NCBI GenBank assembly: GCA_964016885.1
Contig: OZ024742.1
Span: 371,938,001 to 372,002,000 of the forward strand
DNA: 64,000 nucleotides
Origin: Eledone cirrhosa
Taxonomy: Eukaryota
Direction: 5' to 3'
The notes below the pieces were generated by a model. That model searched no databases. It was not told where the DNA came from and saw only the letters and a list, made by a program, of their open reading frames with translations. This document shows positions 1-13,200 of the stretch, one piece after another (positions within the stretch are counted from its first letter, which is position 1; each line of letters opens with the position of its first letter). The position numbers and the translations under genes are program-made.

Positions 1-3000
1 GAAAGTTTTGTCAGAACCACAGGTGGTATATAGTTTTGTATCAGAACCAGGGGTGGTATCTAGCAATTTCGTATCAGAACCAGAGGTGGTGTCAAGCAGT
101 TTTGTATCACAGACCATGGGTGGTATCTAACAGTTTTGTGTCAGAACCAGGGGTAGTATCAAGCAGTTTTGTGTCAGAACCAGGGGTGCTATCTAGCAGT
201 TTTGTATCAGAACCAGTGCTGGTATCCAGGAGTTTTATATCAGGACCAGGGGTGGGATGTAGCAGTTTTGTGTCAGAACCAGGGGTGGTATCAAGCAGTT
301 TTGCATCAGAAACAGGGGTGGTATCTAGCAGTTTTGTGTCAGAACCAGGGGTGGTATCAAGCAGTTTTGTGTCAGAACCAGGGGTGGTATCTGAGAGTTT
401 TGTGTCAGAACCAGGGGTGGTATCTAGCGTTTTGTGTCAGAACCAGGGGTGGTAACTAGAAGTTTTGTATCAGAACCAGGGGTGGTATCTGAGAGTTTTG
501 TGTCAGAACCAGGGGTGGTATCTAGCAGTTTTGTGTCAGAACCAGGGGTGGTATCTGAAAGTTTTGTCAGAACCACAGGTGGTATATAGTTTTGTATCAG
601 AACCAGGGGTGGTATCTAGCAATTTTGTATCAGAACCAGAGGTGGTGTCAAGCAGTTTTGTATCACAGACCATGGGTGGTATCTAACAGTTTTGTGTCAG
701 AACCAGGGGTAGTATCAAGCAGTTTTGTGTCAGAACCAGGGGTGCTATCTAGCAGTTTTGTATCAGAACCAGTGCTGGTATCCAGGAGTTTTATATCAGG
801 ACCAGGGGTGGGATGTAGCAGTTTTGTGTCAGAACCAGGGGTGGTATCAAGCAGTTTTGCATCAGAAACAGGGGTGGTATCTAGCAGTTTTGTGTCAGAA
901 CCAGGGGTGGTATCAAGCAGTTTTGTGTCAGAACCAGGGGTGGTATCTGAGAGTTTTGTGTCAGAACCAGGGGTGGTATCTAGCAGTTTTGTATCAGAAC
1001 CAGGGCTGTTATCTAGCGTTTTGTGTCAGAACCAGGGGTGGTAACTAGAAGTTTTGTATCAGAACCAGGGGTGGTATCTAGCAGTTTTGTTTCAGAACCA
1101 GGGTTGGTATCTGAAAGTTTTGTCAAAACCAAGGGTGGTATACAGTTTTGTGTCAGAACCAGGGGTGGTATCTAGCAGTTTTGTATCAGAACCAGGGGTG
1201 GTGTCAAGCAGTTTTGTATCACAGACCAGGGGTGGTATCTAACAGTTTTGTGTCAGAACCAGGGGTGGTATCTAGCAGTTTTGTATCAGAACCAGGGGTG
1301 GTATACAGTTTTGTGTCAGAACCAGGAGTGGTATCAAGCTGTTTTGTGTCAGAACCAGGCGTGGTATCTAGCAGTTTTGTATCAGAACCAGTGCTGGTCT
1401 CTAGCAGTTTTATATCAGAACCAGGGGTGTTATGTAGCAGTTTTGCATTAGAACCAGGGGTGGTATCAAGCTGTTTTGTGTCAGAAGCAGGGATGCTATC
1501 TAGCAGTTTTGTGTCAGAACCAGGGGTGGTATCTAGAAGTTTTATATCAGAACCAGGGGTGGTATCTAGCAGTTCTGCATTAGAACCAGGGGTGGTATCA
1601 AGCAGTTTTGTGTCAGAACCAGGGGTGGTGTCAAGCAGTTTTGCATCAGAAACAGAGGTGGTATCTAGCAGTTTTGTGTCAGAACCAGGGGTGGTATCTA
1701 CCAGTTTTGTATCAACCAGGTCTGGTATCTAGCAGTTTTGTATCAGAACCAGGGGTGGTTTCCAGTTTTGTGTCAGAAGCAGGGGTGGTGTCTAACAGTT
1801 TTGCATCAGAACCAGGGGTTGTATCTAGCAGTTTTGCATCAGAACCAGGGGTGGTATCTAGCAGTTTTGTGTTAGAACCAGGCGTGGTATCTAGCAGATT
1901 TGTGCCAGAACCAGGGGTGCTATCTAGCAGTTTTGTGTCAGAACCAGGGGTGGTATCAAGCAGTTTTGTGTCAGAACCAGGGGTCGTATCCAGTTTTGTG
2001 TCAGAACCAGGGGTGGTATCTGAGAGTTTTGTGTCAAAACCAGGGGTGGTATCTAGCAGTTTTGTATCAGAACCAGGGCTGGTATCTAGCAATTTTGTGT
2101 GTCAGAACCAGGGGTGGTATATGAAAGTTTTGTCAGAACCAGGGGTGGTATACAGTTTTGTGTCAGAACCAGGGGTGGTATCTAGCAGTTTCGTATCAGA
2201 ACCAGGGGTGGTGTAAAGCAGTTTTGTATCACAGACCAGGGGTGGTATCTAACAGTTTTGTGTCAGAACCAGTGATGGTATCAAGCAGTTTTGTGTCAGA
2301 ACCAGGGGTGGTATACAGTTTTGTGTCAGAACCAGGGATGGTATCTAGCAGTTTTGTATCAGAACCAGGCATGGTATACAGTTTTGAGTCAGAACCAGGG
2401 GTGGTATCTAGCAGTTTTGTGTCAGAACAAGTGGTGGTATCAAGCAGTTTTGTGTCAGAACCAGGAGTAGTATCAAGCAGTTTTGTGTCAGAACCAGGGG
2501 TGGTATCTAGCAGTTTTGTGTCAGAACCAGGGGTGGTATCAAGTAGTTTTGTCTCAGAACCAGGGGTGGTATCCAGTTTTGTGTCAGAACCAGGGGTGGT
2601 ATCTGAGAGTTTTGTGTCAGAACCAGGGGTGGTATCAAGCAGTTTTGCATCAGAAACAGGCGTGGTATCTAGCAGTTTTGTGTCAGAACCAGGGGTGGTA
2701 TCTAGCAGTTTTGTATCAACCAGGTCTGGTATCTAGCAGTTTTGTATCAGAACCAGGAGTGGTATCCAGTTTTGTGTCAGAAGCAGGGGTGGTGTCTAAC
2801 AGTTTTGCATCAGAAACAGGGGTGGTATCTAGCAGTTTTGTGTCAGAACCAGGGGTGGTATCTAGCAGTTTTGTGTCAGAACCAGGGGTAGTATGAAGCA
2901 GTTTTGTGTCAGAACCAGGGGTGGTATCTAGCAGTTTTGTATCAGAACCAGGGCTGGTATCCAGCAGTTTTATATCAGAACCAGGGGTGGGATGTAGCAG

Positions 3001-6000
3001 TTTTGTGTCAGAACCAGGGGTGGTATCAAGCAGTTTTGCATCAGAAACAGGGGTGGTATCTAGCAGTTTTGTGTCAGAACCAGGGGTGGTATCCAGTTTT
3101 GTGTCAGAACCAGGGGTGGTATCAAGCAGTTTTGCATCAGAAACAGGGGTGGTATCTAGCAGTTTTGTGTCAGAACAAGGGGTGGTATCAAGCAGTTTTG
3201 TGTCAGAACCAGGGGTGGTATCCAGTTTTGTGTCAGGACCAGGGGTGGTATCTGAGAGTTTTGTGTCAGAACCAGGGGTGGTATCTAGCGTTTTGTGTCA
3301 GAACCAGGGGTGGTAACTAGAAGTTTTGTATCAGAACCAGGGGTGGTATCTAGCAGTTTTGTGTCAGAACAAGGGGTGGTATCAAGCAGTTTTGTGTCAG
3401 AACCAGGGGTGGTATCCAGTTTTGTGTCAGGACCAGGGGTGGTATCTGAGAGTTTTGTGTCAGAACCAGGGGTGGTATCTAGCGTTTTGTGTCAGAACCA
3501 GGGGTGGTAACTAGAAGTTTTGTATCAGAACCAGGGGTGGTATCTGAAAGTTTTGTCAAAACCAGGGGTGGTATACAGTTTTGTGTCAGAACCAGGGGTG
3601 GTATCTAGCAGTTTCGTATCAGAACCAAGGCTGGTGTCAAGCAGTTTTGTATCACAGACCAGGGGTGGTATCTAACAGTTTTGTGTCAGAACCAGGGATG
3701 GTATCAAGCAGTTTTGTGTCAGAACAAGTGGTGGTATCAACCAGTTTTGTATCAGAACCAGGTGTAGTATCAAGCAGTTTTGTGTCAGAACCATGGGTGG
3801 TATCTAGCAGTTTTGTATCAGAACCAGTGCTGGTATCTAGCAGTTTTATATCAGAACCAGGGGTGGTATGTAGCAGTTTTGCATTAGAACCAGGGGTGGT
3901 ATCAAGCTGTTTTGTGTCAGAACCAGGGATGCTATCTAGCAGTTTTGTGTCAGAACCAGGGGTGGTATCTAGCAGTTTTGTATCAGAACCAGGGCTGGTA
4001 TCTAGCGTTTTGTGTCAGAACTAGGGGTGGTAACTAGAAGTTTTGTATCAGAACCAGGGGTGGTATCTAGCAGTTTTGTGTCAGAACCAGGGGTGGTATC
4101 TGAAAGTTTTGTCAAAACCAGGGGTGGTATCTAGCAGTTTTGTGTCAGAACCAGGGGTGGTATCTAGAAGTTTTATATCAGAACCAGGGGTGGTATCTAG
4201 CAGTTCTGCATTAGAACCAGGGGTGGTATCAAGCAGTTTTGTGTCAGAACCAGGGGTGGTATCAAGCAGTTTTGCATCAGAAACAGAGGTGGTATCTAGC
4301 AGTTTTGTGTCAGAACCAGGGGTGGTATCTACCAGTTTTGTATCAACCAGGTCTGGTATCTAGCAGTTTTGTATCAGAACCAGGGGTGGTTTCCAGTTTT
4401 GTGTCAGAAGCAGGGGTGGTGTCTAACAGTTTTGCATCAGAACCAGGGGTTGTATCTAGCAGTTTTGCATCAGAACCAGGGGTGGTATCTAGCAGTTTTG
4501 TGTTAGAACCAGGCGTGGTATCTAGCAGATTTGTGCCAGAACCAGGGGTGCTATCTAGCAGTTTTGTGTCAGAACCAGGGGTGGTATCAAGCAGTTTTGT
4601 GTCAGAACCAGGGGTCGTATCCAGTTTTGTGTCAGAACCAGGGGTGGTATCTGAGAGTTTTGTGTCAAAACCAGGGGTGGTATCTAGCAGTTTTGTATCA
4701 GAACCAGGGCTGGTATCTAGCAGTTTTGTGTCAGAACCAGGGGTGGTATCTGAAAGTTTTGTCAGAACCAGGGGTGGTATACAGTTTTGTGTCAGAACCA
4801 GGGGTGGTATCTAGCAGTTTCGTATCAGAACCAGGGGTGGTGTAAAGCAGTTTTGTATCACAGACCAGGGGTGGTATCTAACAGTTTTGTGTCAGAACCA
4901 GTGATGGTATCAAGCAGTTTTGTGTCAGAACCAGGGGTGGTATACAGTTTTGTGTCAGAACCAGGGATGGTATCTAGCAGTTTTGTATCAGAACCAGGCA
5001 TGGTATACAGTTTTGAGTCAGAACCAGGGGTGGTATCTAGCAGTTTTGTGTCAGAACGAGTGGTGGTATCAAGCAGTTTTGTGTCAGAACCAGGAGTAGT
5101 ATCAAGCAGTTTTGTGTCAGAACCAGGGGTGGTATCTAGCAGTTTTATATCAGAACCAGTGCTGGTATCTAGCAGTTTTATATCAGAACCAGGGGTGGTA
5201 TCTACCAGTTTTGCATTAGAACCAGGGGTGGTATCAAGCAGTTTTGTGTCAGAACCAGGGGTGGTATCAAGCAGTTTTGCATCAGAAACAGGGGTGGTAT
5301 CTTGCAGTTTTGTATCAACCAGGTCTGGTATCTAGCAGTTTTGTATCAGAACCAGGGGTGGTATCCAGTTTTGTGTCAGAAGCAGGGGTGGTGTCTAACA
5401 GTTTTGCATCAGAAACAGGGGTGGTATCTAGCAGTTTTGTGTCAGAACCAGGGGTGGTATCTAGCAGTTTTGTGTCAGAACCAGGGGTAGTATGAAGCAG
5501 TTTTGTGTCAGAACCAGGGGTGGTATCTAGCAGTTTTGTATCAGAACCAGGGCTGGTATCCAGCAGTTTTATATCAGAACCAGGGGTGGGATGTAGCAGT
5601 TTTGTGTCAGAACCAGGGGTGGTATCAAGCAGTTTTGCATCAGAAACAGGGGTGGTATCTAGCAGTTTTGTGTCAGAACCAGGGGTGGTATCTAGCAGTT
5701 TTGTGTCAGAACAAGGGGTGGTATCAAGCAGTTTTGTGTCAGAACCAGGGGTGGTATCCAGTTTTGTGTCAGGACCAGGGGTGGTATCTGAGAGTTTTGT
5801 GTCAGAACCAGGGGTGGTATCTAGCGTTTTGTGTCAGAACCAGGGGTGGTAACTAGAAGTTTTGTATCAGAACCAGGGGTGGTATCTAGCAGTTTTGTTT
5901 CAGAACCAGGGGTGGTATCTGAAAGTTTTGTCAAAACCAGGGGTGGTATACAGTTTTGTGTCAGAGCCAGGGGTGGTATCTAGCAGTTTCATATCAGAAC

Positions 6001-8776
6001 CAGGGCTGGTGTCAAGCAGTTTTGTATCACAGACCAGGGGTGGTATCTAACAGTTTTGTGTCAGAACCAGGGATGGTATCAAGCAGTTTTGTGTCAGAAC
6101 AAGTGGTGGTATCAACCAGTTTTGTGTCAGAACCAGGTGTAGTATCAAGCAGTTTTGTGTCAGAACCAGGGGTGGTATCTAGCAGTTTTGTATCAGAACC
6201 AGTGCTGGTATCTAGCAGTTTTATATCAGAACCAGGGGTGGTATGTAGCAGTTTTGCATTAGAACCAGGGGTGGTATCAAGCTGTTTTGTGTCAGAACCA
6301 GGGATGCTATCTAGCAGTTTTGTGTCAGAACCAGGGGTGGTATCTAGCAGTTTTGTATCAGAACCAGGGCTGGTATCTAGCGTTTTGTGTCAGAACCAGG
6401 GGTGGTAACTAGAAGTTTTGTATCAGAACCAGGGGTGGTATCTAGCAGTTTTGTGTCAGAACCAGGGGTGGTATCTGAAAGTTTTGTCAAAACCAGGGGT
6501 GGTATCTAGCAGTTTTGTGTCAGAACCAGGGGTGGTATCTGAAAGTTTTGTCAGAACCAGGGGTGGTGTAAAGCAGTTTTGTATCACAGACCAGGGGTGG
6601 TATCTAACAGTTTTGTGTCAGAAACAGGGGTGGTATCTAGCAGTTTTGTATCAGAACCAGGGGTGGTATACAGTTTTGAGTCAGAACCAGGGGTGGTATC
6701 TAGCAGTTTTGTGTCAGAACAAGTGGTGGTATAAGCAGTTTTGTGTCAGAACCAGGGGTAGTATCAAGCAGTTTTGTGTCAGAACCACGGGTGGTATCTA
6801 GCAGTTTTGTATCAGAACCAGTGCTGGTATCTAGCAGTTTTATATCAGAACCAGGGGTGGTATCTACCAGTTTTGCATTAGAACCAGGGGTGGTATCAAG
6901 CAGTTTTGTGTCAGAACCAGGGGTGGTATCAAGCAGTTTTACATCAGAAACAGGGGTGGTATCTAGCAGTTTTGTGTCGGAACCAGGGGTGGTATCAAGC
7001 AGTTTTGCATCAGAAACAGGGGTGGTATCTAGCAGTTTTGTGTCAGAACCAGGGGTGGTATCTAGCAGTTTTGTATCAACCAGGTCTGGTATCTAGCAGT
7101 TTTGTATCAGAACCAGGGGTGGTATCCAGTTTTGTGTCAGAAGCAGGGGTGGTGTCTAACAGTTTTGCATCAGAACCAGGGGTGGTATCTAGCAGTTTTG
7201 CATCAGAACCAGGGATGGTATGAAGCAGTTTTGTGTCTGAACCAGGGGTGGTATCTAGCAGTTTTGTGTTAGAACCAGGCGTGGTATCTAGCAGTTTTGT
7301 GCCAGAACCAGGGGTGCTATCTATCAGTTTTGTGTCAGAACCAGGGGTGGTATCAAGTAGTTTTGTGTCAGAACCAGGGGTGGTATCAAGTAGTTTTGTG
7401 TCAGAACCAGGGGTGGTATCAAGCAGTTTTGTGTCAGAACCAGGGGTGGTATCCAGTTTTGTGTCAGAACCAGGGGTGGTATCTAGCAGTTTTGTGTCAG
7501 AACCAGGTGTGGTATCTAGCAGTTTTGTATCAGAACGAGGGCTGGTATCTAGCAGTTTTATATCAGAACCAGGGGTGGTATCTAGCAGTTTTGTGTCAGA
7601 ACCAGTGGTGGTATCAAGCAGTTTTGTGTCAGAACCAGGGGTAGTATCAAGCAGTTTTGTGTCAGGACCAGGGGTGGTATCTAGCAGTTTTGTATCAGAA
7701 CCAGGGGTGGTATCTAGCAGTTTTATATCAGAACCAGGGGTGGCATGTAGCAGTTTTGCATTAGAACCAGGGGTGGTATCAGGCAGTTTTGTGTCAGAAC
7801 CAGGGATGGTATCTAGCAGTTTTGTGTCAGAACCAGGGGTGGTATCTAGCAGTTTTATATCAGAACCAGGGGTGGTATCTAGCAGTTTTGCATTAGAAGC
7901 CGGGGTGGTATCAAGCAGTATTGTGTCAGAACCAGGGGTGGTATCAAGCAGATTTGTATCAGAACCAGCGGTGGTATCAAGCAGTTTTGTATCGGAACCA
8001 GGGGTGGTATCAAGCAGTTTTGCATCAGAACCAGGGCTGGTATGTAGCAGTTTTGCATCAGAAACAGGGGTGGTATCAAGCAGTTTTATATCAGAACCAG
8101 GGGTGGCATGTAGCAGTTTTGCATTAGAACCAGGGGTGGTATCAGGCAGTTTTGTGTCAGAACCATGGGTGGTATCTAGCAGTTTTATATCAGAACCAGG
8201 GCTGGTATGTAGCAGTTTTGCATCAGAAACAGGGGTGGTATCAAGCAGTTTTGTGTCAGAACCAGGGCTGCTATCTAGCAGTTTTGTATCAGAACCAGCG
8301 GTGGTATCAAGCAGTTTTGTATCGGAACCAGGGGTGGTATCAAGCAGTTTTGCATCAGAACCAGGGCTGGTATCAAGCAGTTTTGCATCAGAACCAGGGC
8401 TGGTATGTAGCAGTTTTGCATCAGAAACAGGGGTGGTATCAAGCAGTTTTGTGTCAGAACCAGGGCTGGTATCTAGCAGTTTTGTGTCAGAACCAGGGGT
8501 GGTATCAAGCAGTTTTGCATCAGAACCAGGGCTGGTATGTAGCAGTTTTGCATCAGAAACAGGGGTGGTATCAAGCAGTTTTGTATCAGAACCAGGGGTG
8601 GTATCTAGCAGTTTTGTATCAGAACCAGGGGTGGTATCTAGCAATTTTGTGTCAGAACCAGGGGTGGTATATGAAAGTTTTGTCAGAACCACGGGTGGTA
8701 TACAGTTTCGTGTCAGAACCAGGGGTGGTATCTAGCAGTTTTGTAGCAGAATCAGGGGTGGTATCCAGTTTTGTGT
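1..8776. repeat. 33-bp minisatellite (AGAACCAGGGGTGGTATCTAGCAGTTTTGTGTC) with higher-order duplications; runs off the left edge
   Basis: Unit directly visible; translates as repeated SEPGVVSSSFV; variant blocks recur at offsets such as 556 (ORFs at 36 and 592) and 2631 (ORFs at 1608 and 4239). Confidence 0.97.
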
Positions 8777-8877
8777 GAAAAGGGTTAAATGTCTGTTATA
8801 TTTAGTTATTTGTTCTTATAACTATTTCTTTGATACAATTATGTCTGTCATTTCAAAAACTATTTCTTCTGTTTCAG

Positions 8878-8902
8878 ACTCGAGACAAAGATAAAGACGA
8901 TG
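8878..8902 (+). CDS. Candidate 25-nt internal micro-exon of an unidentified host gene
   Basis: Pyrimidine-rich acceptor tatttcttctgtttcAG and consensus donor G|GTAAGT in unique sequence; reads TRDKDKDD(G) or (x)LETKIKTM depending on phase. Confidence 0.6.
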
Positions 8903-8943
8903 GTAAGTGTTAGATGTTTCAGTATTTATTTGTGAACGAACAT

Positions 8944-9400
8944 GGTCCAGTGGTTAGAGTGTTGGACTCAGTGACGGTGCTGTTGTCCAGTGGTTAGAGT
9001 GTTGGACTGAATGATGGTGCTGTTGTTCAGTTGTTAGTGTTGGACTCAGTGATGGTGCTGTTGTCCAGTGGTTAGAGTGTTGGACTCACGGATGGTGCTG
9101 TTGTCCAGTGGTTAGTGTTGGACTCAGTTATGGTGCTGTTGTCCAGTTGTTAGAGTGTTGGACTCAGTGATGGTGTTGTTGTCCAGTGGTTAGAGTGTTG
9201 GACTCAGTTATGGTGTTGTTGTCCAGTGGTTAGAGTGTTGGACTCAGTTATGGTGTTGTTGTCCAATGGTTAGAATGTTGGACTCAGTTATGGTGTTGTT
9301 GTCCAATGGTTAGAGTGTTGGACTCAGTTATGGTGTTGTTGTCCAATGGTTAGAGTGTTGGACTCAGTGATGGTGCTGTTGCCCAGTGGTTAGAATGTTG
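8944..9400 (+). repeat. 40-bp tandem repeat (about 11 copies) derived from a tRNA-SINE 5' head
   Basis: Unit GTCCAGTGGTTAGAGTGTTGGACTCAGTGATGGTGCTGTT contains an A-box-like motif; last unit continues into a SINE body. Confidence 0.85.
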
Positions 9401-9485
9401 GACACACAATCATAAGGTTGTAAGTTTGATTCCTGGACCTGGGTGGTGTGTTGTATTCTTGAGCAAGACGCTTCATTTCACGTTG
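9381..9485 (+). mobile_element. tRNA-derived CORE-type SINE, 3' truncated
   Basis: B-box-like GTTTGATTCC followed by CTTGAGCAAGACGCTTCATTTCAC, matching the fuller copy at 21465-21800. Confidence 0.7.
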
Positions 9486-9896
9486 TTTTTCATGATAGGA
9501 CCGGGGCACCTATCATCATCATCATCATCATCATCGTTTAACGTCCATCTTCCACGCTAGCATGGGTTAGACCATTATCATTAAAACATTTGAGAAACCT
9601 TATATGACAAATGTCCCCAACCTTTTTGCATGAAAGGGCCACATTAACATTCCAAGTTTAAATGAGGTCCACAATTAGAATTATCCAATATATCGTAGAC
9701 AGTTCACGTTTTTATAACGAAACTTGTATTTAAAACTGTTTTCAATCAAGACTCGCTCGTTAGACACGTGTTTTCGAAGAAAGTCTTTTGAAGTCTGTCG
9801 TTTTATCTATTGAAGGACATAGAGAAACATACATGCACATCTACATAGGAAGTGTGACGGACAGACAGAGAAACAGGTTTCCTTTTATACTGTAGA

Positions 9897-9975
9897 TTAC
9901 TACTACTACTACTGCTGCTGCTACTACTGCTACTGCTGCTACTACAACTGCTACTACTACTACTACTACTACTAC
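9897..9975. repeat. (TAC/TGC)n microsatellite
   Basis: Directly visible. Confidence 0.95.
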
Positions 9976-10277
9976 TTTGCAAAGTAGTTTGAATTTATAT
10001 AAAAATTGCTGCAAATATTTGAAACGTAGCAAAAAATCCTGTCATGCAGTTGCTGGTTACATGCAATCTGTTGGATAAGAGCATAATTCTTATGTTGTTC
10101 TGAGGGCGACAGTTTGGGGATCCTTAGTTTATGATATACATGTATATATAGGAGGCCAGCTAAACCTGCATAGGTGCGAACTGGAAATTTCATTTCTTTA
10201 AAATACCCAAGAAATCTTCTGCAAAATACAAGCTCAAAGAAGGCCAACTAAAAACTGCATTTCTTTTTACCCTAATT

Positions 10278-13200
10278 TACATGTTCACCATATTTAGTTC
10301 TTATCTCTACATGTTCACCATATTTAGTTCTTATCTCTACATGTTCACCATACCTAGTCCTTATCTCTACATGTTCACCATATTTAGTTCTTATCTCTAC
10401 ATGTTCACCATACCTAGTTCTTATCTCTACATGTTCACCATACCTAGTTCTTATCTCTACATGTTCACCATATTTAGTCCTTATCTCTACATATTCACCA
10501 TACCTAGTTCTTATCTCTACATGTTCACCATATTTAGTTCTTATCTCTACATGTTCACCATATTTAGTTCTTATCTCTAAATGTTCACCATACCTAGTTC
10601 TTATCTCTACCTGTTCGCCATACCTTGTTCTTATCTCTACATGTTCACCATATTTAGTTCTTATCTCTACATATTTACCATACCTAGTTCTTATCTCTAC
10701 ATGTTCACCATATTTAGTTCTTATCTCTACATGTTCACCATACCTAGTTCTTATCTCTACATGTTCACCATACCTAGTTCTTATCTCTACATGTTCACCA
10801 TACCTAGTTCTTATCTCTACATGTTCACCATATTTAGTTCTTATCTCTACATGTTCACCATACCTAGTTCTTATCTCTACATGTTCACCATACCTAGTCC
10901 TTATCTCTACATATTCACCATACCTAGTTCTTATCTCTACATATTCACCATACCTAGTTCTTATCTCTACATGTTCACCATACGTAGTTCTTATCTCTAC
11001 ATGTTCACCATACCTAGTTCTTATCTCTACATGTTCACCATACCTAGTTCTTATCTCTACATGTTCACCATACCTAGTTCTTATCTCTACATATTCACCA
11101 TACCTAGTTCTTATCTCTACATGTTCACCATACCTAGTTCTTATCTCTACATGTTCACCATACCTAGTCCTTATCTCTACATATTCACCATACCTAGTTC
11201 TTATCTCTACATGTTCACCATACCTAGTTCTTATCTCTACATGTTCACCATACCTAGTTCTTATCTCTACATATTCACCATACCTAGTTCTTATCTCTAC
11301 ATGTTCACCATACCTAGTTCTTATCTCTACATGTTCACCATACCTAGTTCTTATCTCTACATATTCACCATACCTAGTTCTTATCTCTACATATTCACCA
11401 TACCTAGTTCTTATCTCTACATGTTCACCAGACCTAGTTCTTATCTCTACATGTTCACCAGACCTAGTTCTTATCTCTACATGTTCACCATATTTAGTTC
11501 TTATCTCTACATGTTCACCATATTTAGTTCTTAGCTCTACATGTTCACCATACCTAGTTCTTATCTCTACATGTTCACCATACCTAGTTCTTATCTCTAC
11601 ATGTTCACCATATTTAGTTCTTATCTCTACATGTTCACCATACCTAGTCCTTATTTTTACATCTTTACCATACCTATTCCTTATCTCTACATGTTCACCA
11701 TACCTAGTTCTTATCTCTACATGTTCACCATACCTAGTTGTTATCTCTACATGTTCATTATAGCTAGTTCTTATCTCTACATGTTCACCATACCTAGTCC
11801 TTAATTTTACATCTTTACCATACCTATTCCTTATCTCTACATGTTCACCATACCTAGTTCTTATCTCTACATGTTCACCATATTTAGTTCTTATCTCTAC
11901 ATATTCACCATACCTAGTTCTTATCTCTACATGTTCACCATACCTAGTTCTTATCTCTACATGTTCACCATACCTAGTTCTTATCTCTACATGTTCACCA
12001 TACCTAGTCCTTATTTTTACATCTTTACCATACCTAGTTCTTATCTCTACATGTTCACCATACCTAGTTCTTATCTCTACATGTTCACCATATTTAGTTC
12101 TTATCTCTACATGTTCACCATACCTAGTTCTTATCTCTACATGTTCACCATACCTAGTTCTTATCTCTACATGTTCACCATATTTAGTTCTTATCTCTAC
12201 ATGTTCACCATACCTAGTTCTTATCTCTACATATTCACCATACCTAGTTCTTATCTCTACATGTTCACCATACCTAGTTCTTATCTCTACATGTTCACCA
12301 TACCTAGTTCTTATCTCTACATGTTCACCATACCTAGTTCTTATCTCTACATGTTCACCATATTTAGTTCTTATCTCTACATGTTCACGATACATAGTCC
12401 TTATTTTTACATCTTTACCATACCTAGTTCTTATCTCTACATGTTCACCATACCTAGTTCTTATCTCTACATGTTCACCATACCTAGTTCTTATCTCTAC
12501 ATCTTCACCATACCTAGTTCTTATCTCTACATGTTCACCATATTTAGTTCTTATCTCTACATGTTCGCCATACCTAGTTCTTATCTCTACCTGTTCGCCA
12601 CACCTTGTTCTTATCTCTACATGTTCACCATATTTAGTTCTTATCTCTACATATTTACCATACCTAGTTCTTATCTCTACATGTTCACCATACCTAGTCC
12701 TTATTTCTACATGTTCACCATACCTAGTTCTTATCTCTACATGTTCACCATACCTAGTTCTTATCTCTACGTGTTCACCATACCTAGTTCTTATCTCTAC
12801 ATGTTCACCATACCTAGTTCTTATCTCTACATGTTCACCATACCTAGTTCTTATCTCTACATGTTCACCATATTTAGTTCTTATCTCTACACGTTCACCA
12901 TACCTAGTTCTTATCTCTACATGTTCACCATACCTAGTTCTTATCTCTACATATTCACCATATTTAGTTCTTATCTCTACATATTCACCATACCTAGTTC
13001 TTATCTCTACATGTTCACCATACCTATTTCTTATCTCTACATGTTCACTATAGCTAGTTCTTATCTCTATATGTTCACCATACCTAGTTCTTATATCTAC
13101 ATGTTCACCATACCTAGTTCTTATCTCTACATGTTCACCATATTTAGTTCTTATCTCTACATGTTCACCATACCTAGTTCTTATCTCTACATGTTCACCA

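Noticed and set aside
36-8778. SEPGVVSSSFV / DTTPGSDTKLL repeat proteins
   Set aside because: Frequent frameshifting indels and ORFs on both strands indicate a non-coding minisatellite.
9608-9672. Possible hAT-MITE end (GTCCCCAACCTTTTT)
   Set aside because: Only one degenerate terminus seen; no partner end or 8-bp duplication found.
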